Part shown: one piece after another, positions 12,143-24,700 of the stretch | Position numbering within the stretch: position 1 is the first letter of the stretch | Layout: every line of letters starts with the position of its first letter | Origin: Eledone cirrhosa | Taxonomy: Eukaryota | Length of the DNA: 64,000 bases | Direction of reading: 5' to 3' | Assembly (NCBI GenBank): GCA_964016885.1 | Contig: OZ024743.1 | Coordinates: forward strand, 133,424,001 to 133,488,000 | Notes under the pieces: generated by a model | Databases searched by the model: none | Told to the model about the DNA's origin: nothing | The model's input: the letters and a program-made list of their open reading frames with translations, nothing else | Program-made: the position numbers and the translations under genes

Positions 12143-13507
12143 TTGGTGCTTGGTGTTTGGTGCTTGGTGCATGGTGCTTGGTGCTTGGTGTTAGGCGTTT
12201 GGTGCTTGGTGCTTGGTGTTTGATGTTTGGTCCTTGGTGCTTGGTGTTTGGTATTTGGTGCTTGGTGCTTGGTGTTTGGTGTTTGGTGCTTGCTGCTTGC
12301 TGCTTGGTGTTTGGTGCTAGGGGCTTGGTGCTTGGTGTTTGATGTTTGGTCCTTGGTGCTTGGTGTTTGGTATTTGGTGCTTGGTGCTTGGTGTTTGGTG
12401 TTTGGTGCTTGCTGCTTGCTGCTTGGTGTTTGGTGCTAGGGGCTTGGTGTTTGGTGCTTGGTGTTTGGTGCTTGGTGTTTGGTGCTTGGTGCCTGGTGCT
12501 TGGTGTTTGGTGTTTGGTGCTTGGTGTTTGGTGCTTGGTGTTTGGTACTTGGTGTTCGGTGCTTGGTGCTTGGTGCTTGGTGTTTGGTGTTTGGTGCTTG
12601 GTGCTTGGTGCTTGGTGTTTGATGTTTGGTCCTTGGTGCTTGGTGTTTGGTGTTGTGTGCTTGGTGCTTGGTGCTTGGTGTTTGGTGCTTGGTGCTTGGT
12701 GCTTGGTGTTTGGCGTTTGCTGTTTGCTGTTTGGTGTTTGGTGTTTGCTGTTTGGTGTTTGCTGTTTGGTGTTTGGTGTTTGGTGCTTGCTGTTTGGTGC
12801 TTGGTGCTTGGTGTTTGGTGTTTGGTGCTTGGTGTTTGGTGCTTGGTGCTTGGTGCTGGGTGTTTGGTGCTTGGTGCTTGGTGTTTGGTGCTTGGTGCTT
12901 GGTGCTTGGTGTTTGGTCCTTGGTGCTTGGTGCTTGGTGATTGGTGCTTGGTGTTTGGTGCTTGGTGCATGGTGCTTGGTGCTTGGTGTTAGGCGTTTGG
13001 TGCTTGGTGCTTGGTGTTTGATGTTTGGTCCTTGGTGCTTGGTGTTTGGTATTTGGTGCTTGGTGCTTGGTGTTTGGTGTTTGGTGCTTGCTGCTTGCTG
13101 CTTGGTGTTTGGTGCTAGGGGCTTGGTGCTTGGTGTTTGATGTTTGGTCCTTGGTGCTTGGTGTTTGGTATTTGGTGCTTGGTGCTTGGTGTTTGGTGTT
13201 TGGTGCTTGCTGCTTGCTGCTTGGTGTTTGGTGCTAGGGGCTTGGTGTTTGGTGCTTGGTGTTTGGTGCTTGGTGTTTGGTGCTTGGTGCCTGGTGCTTG
13301 GTGTTTGGTGTTTGGTGCTTGGTGTTTGGTGCTTGGTGTTTGGTACTTGGTGTTCGGTGCTTGGTGTTTGGTGCTTGGTGTTTGGTGTTTGGTGCTTGGT
13401 GCTTGGTGCTTGGTGTTAGATGTTTGGTCCTTGGTGCTTGGTGTTTGGTGTTGTGTGCTTGGTGCTTGGTGCTTGGTGTTTGGTGCTTGGTGCTTGGTGC
13501 TTGGTGT
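12136..13507 (+). repeat. 798-bp (114-monomer) tandem duplication; the second copy diverges after ~13507
   Basis: TTGGTGA at 12136/12934, TAGGCGT at 12192/12990, and ORFs 12227/13025 and 12339/13137 are all offset by 798. Confidence 0.85.
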
Positions 13508-14277
13508 TTGGTGCTTGGTGTTTGCTGTTTGGTGTTTGCTGTTTGGTGTTTGGTGCTTGGTGCTTGGTGTTTGGTGTTTGGTGCTTGGTGTTTGGTGCTT
13601 GGTGCTTGGTGCTGGGTGTTTGGTGCTTGGTGCTTGGTGTTTGGTGTTTGGTGCTTGGTGCTTGGTGCTTGGTGCTTGGTGTTTGGTGCTTGGTGCTTGG
13701 TGTTTGGTACTTGGGTTTTGGTGTTTGGTGCTTGGTGCTTGGTGTTTGGTGCTTGGTGCTTGGTGCTTGTTGCTTGGTGTTTGGTGCTTGCTGCTTGGAG
13801 CTTGGTGTTTGGTGCTTGGTGCTTGGTGATTAGTGTTTGGTGATTGGTGCTTGGGGTTTGGTGTTTGGGGCTTGGTGTTTGGTGCTTGGTGCTTACTGTT
13901 TGGTGTTTGGTGTTTGGTTCTTGGTGCTTGGTGTTTGGTGTTTGGTGTTTGGTGCTTGGTGCTTGGTGCTTGGTGTTTGGTGCTTGGTGCTTGGTGCTTG
14001 GTGTTTGGTGCTGCGGGCTTGGTGTTTGGTGTTTGGTGCTTGGTGCCTGGTGCTTGTTGTTTGGTGTTTGGTGCTTAGTGCTTGGTGTTTGGTGTTTGGT
14101 GCTTGGTGCTTGGTGGCTGGTGTTTGGTGCTTGGTGTTTGGAGTTCGGTGCTTGGTGCTTGGTGCCTGGTGTTTCGTGCTTGGTGCTTGGTGCTTGGTGT
14201 TTGGTGTTTGGTGCTTGGTGTTTGGTGTTTGGTACTTGGTGCTTGGTGCTTGGTGCTTGGTGTTTGGTGCTTGGTGT

Positions 14278-14760
14278 TTGATGCTGCGTGCTTGGTGTTT
14301 GGTGTTTGGTGCTTGGTGCTTGGTGTTTGGTGTTTGGAGCTTGGTGCCTGGTGCTTGTTGTTTGGTGTTTGGCGCTTGGTGCTTGGTGTTTGGTGTTTGG
14401 TGCATGGTGCTTCGTGCTTGGTATCTGGTGTTTGGTGCTTGGTGTTTGGTGTTTGGTGCTTGGTGCTTGGTGTTTGGTGCTTGGTGTTTGGTGTTTGGTG
14501 TTTGATGCTTGGTGTTTGCTGCTTGGTGCTTGGTGCTTGGTGTTTTGTGTTTGGTGTTTGATGCTGCGTGCTTGGTGTTTGGTGTTTGGTGCGTGGTGCT
14601 TGGTGTTTGGTGTTTGGAGCTTGGTGCCTGGTGCTTGATGTTTGGCGTTTGGTGCTTGGTGTTTGGTGTTTGGTGCTTGGTGCTTGGTGTTTGGTGCTTG
14701 GTGTTTGGTGTTTGGTGATTGATGCTTGGTGTTTGCTGCTTGCTGCTTGCTGCTTGGTGT
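14278..14760 (+). repeat. 280-301-bp module (TTGATGC-TGCGTGC...TTGGAGC...TTGGTAT-CTGGTGT), often as a tandem pair
   Basis: First appears at 14278. Paired ORF starts: 14288/14568 (280), 17563/17864 (301), 23310/23610 (300), 26773/27074 (301), 28516/28796 (280), 33967/34268 (301), 35710/35990 (280). Confidence 0.8.
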
Positions 14761-15799
14761 TTGGTGCTAGGGGCTTGGTGCTTGGTGCTTGGTGTTTGGT
14801 GCTTGGTGCTTGGTGCCTGGTGCTTGGTGCTTGGTGCTTGTTGTTTGGTGCTTGGTGCTTGGTGATTAGTGTTTGGTGCTTGGTGCTTGCGGTTTGGTGT
14901 TTGGTGCTTGGGGTTTGGTGTTTGGTGCTTGGTGCTTGGTGTTTGGTGCTTGGTGCTTGGTGTCTGGTGTTTCGTGCTTGGTGCTTGGTGCTTGGTGTTT
15001 GGTGTTTGGTGCTTGGTGTTTGGTGCTTGGTGTTTGGTGCTTGGTTCTTGGTGCTTGGTGTTAGGTGTTTGGTGCTTGGTGCTTGGTGTTTGATGTTTGG
15101 TCCTTGGTGCTTGTTGTTTGGTGTTTGGTGCTTGGTGCTTGGTGTTTGGTGTTTGGTGCTTGCTGCTTGCTGCTTGGTGTTTGGTGCTTGGTGATTGGTG
15201 CTTGGTGTTTTATGCTTGGTGCTTGGTGTTTGGTGTTTGGTGCTAGGGACTTGGTGCTTGATGCTTGATGTTTGGTGCTTGGTGCTTGCTGTTTGGTGTT
15301 TGGTGCTTGGTGCGTGGGATTAGTGTTTGGTGTTTGGTGCTTGGTGTTTTGTGCTTGGTGTTTTGTGCTTGGTGCTTGGTGTTTGGTGTTTGGTGCTTGG
15401 TGCTTGGGGCTTGGTGTTTGGTGCTTAGTGTTTGGTGCTTGGTGTTTGGTGCTTGGTGCTTGGTGCTTGGTGTTTGGTGTATGGTGTTTGGTGCTTGTTG
15501 TTTGGTGCTTGGTGCTTGGTGATTAGTGTTTGGTGCTTGGTGCTTGCGGTTTGGTGTTTGGTGCTTGGGGTTTGGTGTTTGGTGCTTGGTGCTTGGTGCT
15601 TGGTCTTTGGTGCTTGGTGTTTGGTGTTTGGTGCTTGGTGCTTGGTGTTTGGCGCTTGGTGCTTGGTGCTTGGTGTTTGGTGCTTGGTGCTTGGTGCTTG
15701 GTGATTAGTGTTTGGTGCTTGGTGCTTGGTGCCTGGTGCTTGGTGCTTGGTGCTTGTTGTTTGGTGCTTGGTGCTTGGTGATTAGTGTTTGGTGCTTGG

Positions 15800-18700
15800 T
15801 GCTTGGGGTTTGGTGTTTGGTGCTTGGGGTTTGGTGTTTGGTGCTTGGTGCATGGTGTTTGGTGCTTGGTGCTTGGTGTTTGGTGCTTGGTGCTTTGTGT
15901 TTGGTGCTTGGTGTTTGGTGCTTGGTGCTTGGTGCTTGGTGCTTGGTGTTAGGTGTTTGGTGCTTGGTGATTGGTGTTTGATGTTAGGTTCTTGGTGCTT
16001 GGTGTTTGGTGTTTGGTGCTTGGTGCTTGGTGTTTGGTGTTTGGTGCTTGCTGCTTGGTGCTTGTTGTTTTGTGTTTGGAGTTTGCTGCTTGGTGTTTGG
16101 TGCTTGGTGCTTGGTGTTTGGTGTTTGGTGCCTGGTGCTTGGTGTTTGGTGCTTGGTGTTTGGTGGTTGGTGCATGGTGCTTGGTGCTTGGTGTTAGGCG
16201 TTTGGTGCTTGGTGCTTGGTTTTTGATGTTTGGTCCTTGGTGCTTGGTGTTTTGTATTTGGTGCTTGGTGCTTGGTGTTTGGTGTTTGGTGCTTGCTGCT
16301 TGCTGCTTGGTGTTTGGTGCTAGGGGCTTGGTGCTTGGTGTTTGATGTTTGGTCCTTGGTGCTTGGTGTTTGTTATTTGGTGCTTGGTGCTTGGTGTTTG
16401 GTGTTTGGTGCTTGCTGCTTGCTGCTTGGTGTTTGGTGCTAGGGGCTTGGTGTTTGGTGCTTGGTGTTTGGTGCTTGGTGTTTGGTGCTTGGTGCCTGGT
16501 GCTTGGTGTTTGGTGTTTGGTGCTTGGTGTTTGGTGCTTGGTGTTTGGTACTTGGTGTTCGGTGCTTGGTGCTTGGTGCTTGGTGTTTGGTGTTTGGTGC
16601 TTGGTGCTTGGTGCTTGGTGTTTGATGTTTGGTCCTTGGTGCTTGGTGTTTGGTGTTGTGTGCTTGGTGCTTGGTGCTTGGTGTTTGGTGCTTGGTGCTT
16701 GGTGCTTGGTGTTTGGCGTTTGCTGTTTGCTGTTTGGTGTTTGGTGTTTGCTGTTTGGTGTTTGCTGTTTGGTGTTTGGTGTTTGGTGCTTGCTGTTTGG
16801 TGCTTGGTGCTTGGTGTTTGGTGTTTGGTGCTTGGTGTTTGGTGCTTGGTGCTTGGTGCTGGGTGTTTGGTGCTTGGTGCTTGGTGTTTGGTGTTTGGTG
16901 CTTGGTGTTTGGTCCTTGGTGCTTGGTGCTTGGTGCTTGGTGCTTGGTGTTTGGTGCTTGGGTTTTGGTGTTTGGTGCTTGGTGCTTGGTGTTTGGTGCT
17001 TGGTGCTTGGTGCTTGGTGCTTGGTGTTTGGTGCTTGCTGCTTGGTGCTTGGTGTTTGGTGCTTGGTGCTTGGTGATTAGTGTTTGGTGATTGGTGCTTG
17101 GGGTTTGGTGTTTGGGACTTGGTGTTTGGTGCTTGGTGCTTGCTGTTTGGTGTTTGGTGTTTGGTTCTTGGTGCTTGGTGTTTGGTGTTTGGTGTTTGGT
17201 GCTTGGTGCTTGGTGCTTGGTGTTTGGTGCTTGGTGCTTGGTGCTTGGTGTTTGGTGCTGCGGGCTTGGTGTTTGGTGTTTGGTGCTTGGTGCCTGGTGC
17301 TTGGTGTTTGGTGCTGCGGGCTTGGTGCTTGGTGTTTGGTGTTTGGTGCTTAGTGCTTGGTGTTTGGTGTTTGGTGCTTGGTGCTTGGTGGCTGGTGTTT
17401 GGTGCTTGGTGTTTGGAGTTCGGTGCTTGGTGCTTGGTGCCTGGTGTTTCGTGCTTGGTGCTTGGTGCTTGGTGTTTGGTGTTTGGTGCTTGGTGTTTGG
17501 TGTTTGGTACTTGGTGCTTGGTGCTTGGTGCTTGGTGTTTGGTGCTTGGTGTTTGATGCTGCGTGCTTGGTGTTTGGTGTTTGATGCTTGGTGCTTGGTG
17601 TTTGGTGTTTGGAGCTTGGTGCCTGGTGCTTGTTGTTTGGTGTTTGGCGCTTGGTGCTTGGTGTTTGGTGTTTGGTGCATGGTGCTTGGTGCTTGGTATC
17701 TGGTGTTTGGTGCTTGATGTTTGGTGTTTGGTGCTTGGTGTTTGGTGTTTGGTGCTTGGTGCTTGGTGTTTGGTGCTTGGTGTTTGGTGTTTGGTGTTTG
17801 ATGCTTGGTGTTTGCTGCTTGGTGCTTGGTGCTTGGTGTTTTGTGTTTGGTGTTTGATGCTGCGTGCTTGGTGTTTGGTGTTTGGTGCGTGGTGCTTGGT
17901 GTTTGGGGTTTGGAGCTTGGTGCCTGGTGCTTGATGTTTGGCGTTTGGTGCTTGGTCTTTGGTGTTTGGTGCTTGGTGCTTGGTGTTTGGTGCTTGGTGT
18001 TTGGTGTTTGGTGATTGATGCTTGGTGTTTGCTGCTTGCTGCTTGCTGCTTGGTGTTTTGGTGCTAGGGGCTTGGTGCTTGGTGCTTGGTGTTTGGTGCT
18101 TGGTGCTTGGTGCTTGTTGCTTGGAGCTTGGTGCTTGTTGTTTGGTGCTTGGTGCTTGGTGATTAGTGTTTGGTGCTTGGTGCTTGCGGTTTGGTGTTTG
18201 GTGCTTGGGGTTTGGTGTTTGGTGCTTGGTGCTTGGTGTTTGGTGCTTGGTGCTTGGTGCTTGGTGTTTGGTGCTTGGTGTTTGGTGCTTGGTGCTTGGT
18301 GTTTGGTGTTTGGCGTTTGCTGTTTGCTGTTTGGTGTTTGGTGTTTGCTGTTTGGTGTTTGCTGTTTGGTTTTTGGTGTTTGGTGCTTGCTGTTTGGTGC
18401 TTGGTGCTTGGTGTTTGGTGTTCGGTGCTTGGTGCTTGGTGCTTGGTGTTTGGTGCTTGGTGCTTGGTGCTGGGTGTTTGGTGCTTGGTGCTTGGTGTTT
18501 GGTGCTTGGTGCTTCGTGCTTGGTGTTTGGTCCTTGGTGCATGGTGCTTGGTCTTTGGTGCTTGGGTTGTGGTGTTTGGTGCTTGGTGCTTGGTGTTTGG
18601 TGCTTGGTTCTTGGTGCTTGGTGCTTGGTGTTTGGTGATTGCTGCTTGGTGCTTGGTGTTTGGTGCTTGGTGCTTGGTGATTAGTGTTTGGTGATTGGTG

Positions 18701-21700
18701 CTTGGGGTTTGCTGTTTGGTGCTTGGTGTTTGGTGCTTGGTGCTTGCTGTTTGGTGTTTGGTGTTTGGTTCTTGGTGCTTGGTGTTTGGTGTTTGGTGTT
18801 TGGTGCTTGGTGCTTGGTGCTTGGTGTTTGTTGCTTGTTGCTTGGTGCTTGGTGTTTGGTGCTGCGTGCTTGGTGTTTGGTGTTTGGTGCTTGGTGCCTG
18901 GTGCTTGTTGTTTGGTGCTTAGTGCTTGGTGTTTGGTGTTTGGTGCTTGGTGCTTGGTGGCTGGTGCTTGGTGCTTGGTGTTTGGAGTTTGGTGCTTGGT
19001 GCTCGGTGCCTGGTGTTTCGTGCTTGGTGCTTGGTGCTTGGTGTTTGGTGTTTGGTGCTTGGTGTTTGGTGTTTGGTACTTGGTGCATGGTGCTTGGTGT
19101 TTGGTGCTTGGTGTTTGATGCTGCGTGCTTGGTGTTTGGTGTTTGGTGCTTGGTGCTTGGTGTTTGGTGTTTGGAGCTTGGTGCCTGCTGCTTGTTGTTT
19201 GGTGTTTGGTGCTTGGTGCTTGGTGCTTGGTATCTGGTGTTTGGTGCTTGATGGTTGGTGTTTGGTGCTTGGTGCTTGGTGCTTGGTGTTTGGTGTTTGG
19301 TGCTTGGTGCTTGGTGTTTGGTGCTTGGTGTTTGGTGTTTGGTGTTTGATGCTTGGTGTTTGCTGCTTGGTGCTTGGTGCTTGGTGTTTTGTGTTTGGTG
19401 CTTGGTGCTTGTTGTTTGGTGCTTGGTGCTTGGTGATTAGTGTTTGGTGCTTGGTGCTTGCGGTTTGATGTTTGGTGCTTGGGGTTTGGTGTTTGGTGCT
19501 TGGTGCTTGGTGTTTGGTGCTTGGTGCTTGGTGCTTGGTGTTTGGTGCTTGGTGCTTGGTGTCTGGTGCTTGGTGCTTGGTGTTTGGTGCTTGGTGTTTG
19601 GTGTTTGGTGCTTGGTGCTTGGTGCTTGGTGTTAGGTGTTTGGTGCTTGGTGCTTGGTGTTTGATGTTTGGTCCTTGGTGCTTGGTGTTTGGTGTTTGTT
19701 GCTTGGTGCTTGGTGTTTGGTGTTTGGTGCTTGCTGCTTGCTGCTTGGTGTTTGGTGCTTGGTGATTGGTGCTTGGTGTTTTGTGCTTGGTGCTTGGTGT
19801 TTGGTGTTTGGTGCTAGGGGCTTGGTGCTTGGTGCTTGGTGTTTGGTGCTTGGTGCTTGCTGTTTGGTGCTTGGTGTTTGGTGATTGGTGTTTGGGGCTT
19901 GGTGTTCGGTGCTTGGTGCTTGGTGCTTGGGGCTTGGTGTTTGGTGTTTGGTGCTTGGTGCTTGGTGTTTGATGTTGGGTCCTTGGTGCTTGGTGTTTGG
20001 TGTTTGGTGTTTGGTGTTTGGTGTTTGGTGCTTGGTGCTTGGTGTTTGGTGTTTGGTGCTTGGTGCTTAGGGCTTGGTGTTTGGTGCTTGGTGCTTGGTG
20101 TTTGGTGCTTCTGCTTGGGGCTTGGTAGTTGGTGCTTGGTGCTTGGTGCCTGGTGTTTGGTGTTTCGTGTTTGGTGCTTGGTGTATGGTGCTTGGTGCTT
20201 GGTGCTGGGTGGTTGGTGTTTGGTGCTTGGTGCTTGGTGTTTGGTGCTTGGTGCTTGGTGCTTGTTGTTTGGTGCTTGGTGCTTGGTGCTTGGTCTTTGG
20301 TGCATGGTGTTTGGTGTTTGGCGCTTGGTGCTTGGTGCTTCGTGATTGGTGCTTGGTGCTTGGTGTTTGGTGCTTGGTGCTTGGTGATTAGTGTTTGTTG
20401 CTTGGTGCTTGGTGTTTGGTGCTTGGTGCTTGGTGTTTGGTGTTTGGTGCTGGGTGCATGGAGTTTGGTGCTTGGTGGTTAGTGCTTGGTGTTTGGTGTT
20501 TGGTGCTTGGTATTTGGTGCTTGGTGCTTGGTGCTTGGTGTTTGGTGTTTGGTGTTTGGTGTTTGGTGTTTGCTGTATGGTGTTTGGTGTTTCGTATTTG
20601 GTTTTTGCTGTTTGGTGTTTGGTGTTTGCTGTTTGCTGTTTGGTGTTTGGTGTTTGGTGCTTGGTGCTTGGTGCTTGGTGTTTGGCGTTTGGTGCTTGGT
20701 GCTTGGTGTTTGGTGCTTCGTGCTTGGTGTTTGGTGTTTGGTGCTTGGTGCCTGGTGCTTGTTGTATGGTGTTTGGTGCTTGGTGCTTGGTGTTTGGTGT
20801 TTGCTGCTTGGTGTCTGGTGTTTGGTGCTTGGTGTTTGGTGTTTGGTGCTTGGTGCTTGGTGCTTGGTGTTTGGTGTTTGGTGCTTGGTGCTTGGTGTTT
20901 GGTGTTTGGTGCTGGGTGCATGGAGTTTGGTGCTTGGTGGTTAGTGCTTGGTGTTTGGTGTTTGGTGCTTGGTATTTGGTGTTTGGTGTTTGATGCTTGG
21001 TGTGTGGTGCTTGGTGCTTGGTGTTTTGTGTTTGGTGCTTGGTGCTTGGTGACTGGTGCTTGGTGCTTGGTGCTTGTTGTTTGGTGCTTGGTGCTTAGTG
21101 ATTAGTGTTTGGTGCTTGGTGCTTGGTGTTTGGTGCTTGGTGTTTGGTGCTTGGTGCCTGGTGCTTGGTGTTTGGTGTTTCATGCTTGGTGTTTGGTGTT
21201 TGGTGTTTGGTACTTGGTGTTCGGTGCTTGGTGCTTGGTGCTTGGTGCTTGGTGTTTGGTGTTTGGTGCTTGGTGCTTGGTGTTTGATGTTTGGTCCTTG
21301 GTGCTTGGTGTTTGGTGTTGTGTGCTTGGTGCTTGGTGGTTGGTGTTTGGTGCTTGGTGCTTGGTGCTTGGTGTTTGGTGCTTGGTGTTTGATGCTGCCT
21401 GCTTGGTGTTTGGTGTTTGGTGCTTGGTGCTTGGTGTTTGGTGTTTGGAGCTTGGTGCCTGGTGCTTGTTGTTTGGTGTTTGGCGCTTGGTGCTTGGTGT
21501 TTGGTGCTTGGTGCTTGGTGTTTGGTGTTTGGTGCTTGGTGTTTGGCGCTTGGTGCTTGGTGTTTGGTGTTTGGTGCTTGGGGTTTGGTGTTTGGTGCTT
21601 GGGGTTTGGTGTTTGGTGCTTGGTGCTTGGTGTTTGGTGCTTGGTGCTTTGTGTTTGGTGCTTGGTGTTTGGTGCTTGGTGCTTGGTGCTTGGTGCTTGG

Positions 21701-24700
21701 TGTTAGGTGTTTGGTGCTTGGTGATTGGTGTTTGATGTTAGGTTCTTGGTGCTTGGTGTTTGGTGTTTGGTGCTTGGTGCTTGGTGTTTGGTGTTTGGTG
21801 CTTGCTGCTTGGTGCTTGGTGTTTTGTGTTTGGAGTTTGGTGCTTGGTGTTTGGTGCTTGGTGCTTGGTGTTTGGTGTTTGGTGCCTGGTGCTTGGTGTT
21901 TGGTGCTTGGTGTTTGGTGTTTGGTGATTGGTGCTTGGTGTTTGGTGCTTGGTGCATGGTGCTTTGTGCTTGGTGTTAGGCGTTTGGTGCTTGGTGCTTG
22001 GTGTTTGATGTTTGGTCCTTGGTGCTTGGTGTTTGGTATTTGGTGCTTGGTGCTTGGTGTTTGGTGTTTGGTGCTTGCTGCTTGCTGCTTGGTTTTTGGT
22101 GCTAGGGGCTTGGTGCTTGGTGTTTGATGTTTGGTCCTTGGTGCTTGGTGTTTGGTATTTGGTGCTTGGTGCTTGGTGTTTGGTGTTTGGTGCTTGCTGC
22201 TTGCTGCTTGGTGTTTGGTGCTAGGGGCTTGGTGTTTGGTGCTTGGTGTTTGGTGCTTGGTGTTTGGTGCTTGGTGCCTGGTGCTTGGTGTTTGGTGTTT
22301 GGTGCTTGGTGTTTGGTGCTTGGTGTTTGGTACTTGGTGTTCGGTGCTTGGTGCTTGGTGCTTGGTGTTTGGTGTTTGGTGCTTGGTGCTTGGTGCTTGG
22401 TGTTTGATGTTTGGTCCTTGGTACTTGGTGTTTGGTGTTGTGTGCTTGGTGCTTGGTGCTTGGTGTCTGGTGCTTGGTGCTTGGTGCTTGGTGTTTGGCG
22501 TTTGCTGTTTGCTGTTTGGTGTTTGGTGTTTGCTGTTTGGTGTTTGCTGTTTGGTGTTTGGTGTTTGGTGCTTGCTGTTTGGTGCTTGGTGCTTGGTGTT
22601 TGGTGTTTGGTGCTTGGTGTTTGGTGCTTGGTGCTTGGTGCTGGGTGTTTGGTGCTTGGTGCTTGGTGTTTGGTGCTTGGTGCTTGGTGCTTGGTGTTTG
22701 GTCCTTGGTGCTTGGTGCTTGGTGTTTGGTGCTTGGGTTTTGGTGTTTGGTGCTTGGTGCTTGGTGTTTGGTGCTTGGTGCTTGGTGCTTGATGCTTGGT
22801 GTTTGGTGCTTGCTGCTTGGCGCTTGGTGTTTGGTGCTTGGTGCTTGGTGATTAGTGTTTGGTGATTGGTGCTTGGGGTTTGGTGTTTGGGGCTTGGTGT
22901 TTGGTGCTTGGTGCTTGCTGTTTGGTGTTTGGTGTTTGGTTCTTGGTGCTTGGTGTTTGGTGTTTGGTGTTTGGTGCTTGGTGCTTGGTGCTTGGTGTTT
23001 GGTGCTTGGTGCTTGGTGCTTGGTGTTTGGTGCTGCGGGCTTGGTGTTTGGTGTTTGGTGCTTGGTGCCTGGTGCTTGTTGTTTGGTGTTTGGTGCTTAG
23101 TGCTTGGTGTTTGGTGTTTGGTGCTTGGTGCTTGGTGGCTGGTGTTTGGTGCTTGGTGTTTGGAGTTCGGTGCTTGGTGCTTGGTGCCTGGTGTTTCATG
23201 CTTGGTGCTTGGTGCTTGGTGTTTGGTGTTTGGTGCTTGGTGTTTGGTGTTTGGTACTTGGTGCTTGGTGCTTGGTGCTTGGTGTTTGGTGCTTGGTGTT
23301 TGATGCTGCGTGCTTGGTGTTTGGTGTTTGGTGCTTGGTGCTTGGTGTTTGGTGTTTGGAGCTTGGTGCCTGGTGCTTGTTGTTTGGTGTTTGCGCTTGG
23401 TGCTTGGTGTTTGGTGTTTGGTGCATGGTGCTTGGTGCTTGGTATCTGGTGTTTGGTGCTTGATGTTTGGTGTTTGGTGCTTGGTGTTTGGTGTTTGGTG
23501 CTTGGTGCTTGGTGTTTGGTGCTTGGTGTTTGGTGTTTGGTGTTTGATGGTTGGTGTTTGCTGCTTGGTGCTTGGTGCTTGGTGTTTTGTGTTTGGTGTT
23601 TGATGCTGCGTGCTTGGTGTTTGGTGTTTGGTGCGTGGTGCTTGGTGTTTGGTGTTTGGAGCTTGGTGCCTGGTGCTTGTTGTTTGGTGTTTGGCGCTTG
23701 GTGCTTGGTGTTTGGTGTTTGGTGCTTGGTGCTTGGTGCTTGGTATCTGGTGTTTGGTGCTTGATGTTTGGTGTTTGGTGCTTGGTGTTTGGTGTTTGGT
23801 GCTTGGTGCTTGGTGTTTGGTGCTTGGTGTTTGGTGTTTGGTGATTGATGCTTGGTGTTTGCTGCTTGCTGCTTGCTGCTTGGTGTTTGGTGCTAGGGGC
23901 TTGGTGCTTGGTGCTTGGTGTTTGTTGCTTGGTGCTTGGTGCCTGGTGCTTGGTGCTTGGTGCTTGTTGTTTGGTGCTTGGTGCTTGGTGATTAGTGTTT
24001 GGTGCTTGGTGCTTGCGGTTTGGTGTTTGGTGCTTGGGGTTTGGTGTTTGGTGCTTGGTGCTTGGTGTTTGGTGCTTGGTGCTTGGTGCTTGGTGTTTAG
24101 TGCTTGGTGTTTGGTGCTTGGTGCTTGGTGTTTGGTGTTTGGCGTTTGCTGTTTGCTGTTTGGTGTTTGGTGTTTGCTGTTTGGTGTTTGCTGTTTGGTG
24201 TTTGCTGTTTGGTTTTTGGTGTTTGGTGCTTGCTGTTTGGTGCTTGGTGCTTGGTGTTTGGTGTTCGGTGCTTGGTGCTTGGTGCTTGGTGTTTGGTGCT
24301 TGGTGCTGGGTGTTTGGTGCTTGGTGCTTGGTGTTTGGTGCTTGGTGCTTGGTGCTTGGTGTTTGGTCCTTGGTGCATGGTCCTTGGTCTTTGGTGCTAG
24401 GGTTGTGGTGTTTGGTGCTTGGTGCTTGGTGTTTGGTGCTTGGTTCTTGGTGCTTGGTGCTTGGTGTTTGGTGATTGCTGCTTGGTGCTTGGTGTTTGGT
24501 GCTTGGTGCTTGGTGATTAGTGTTTGGTCATTGGTGCTTGGGGTTTGCTGTTTGGTGCTTGGTGTTTGGTGCTTGGTGCTTGCTGTTTGGTGTTTGGTGT
24601 TTGGTTCTTGGTGCTTGGTGTTTGGTGTTTGGTGTTTGGTGCTTGGTGCTTGGTGCTTGGTGTTTGGTGCTTGTTGCTTGGTGCTTGGTGTTTGGTGCTG

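Noticed and set aside
15314-18064. Apparent compensation of register (-1 at 15314 restored by +1 at 18057; the window also starts and ends in the same phase)
   Set aside because: Both events are singletons and one is a homopolymer extension that may be an error. The phase drifts freely through 20-48 kb, and the same start and end phase has about a 1-in-7 chance.
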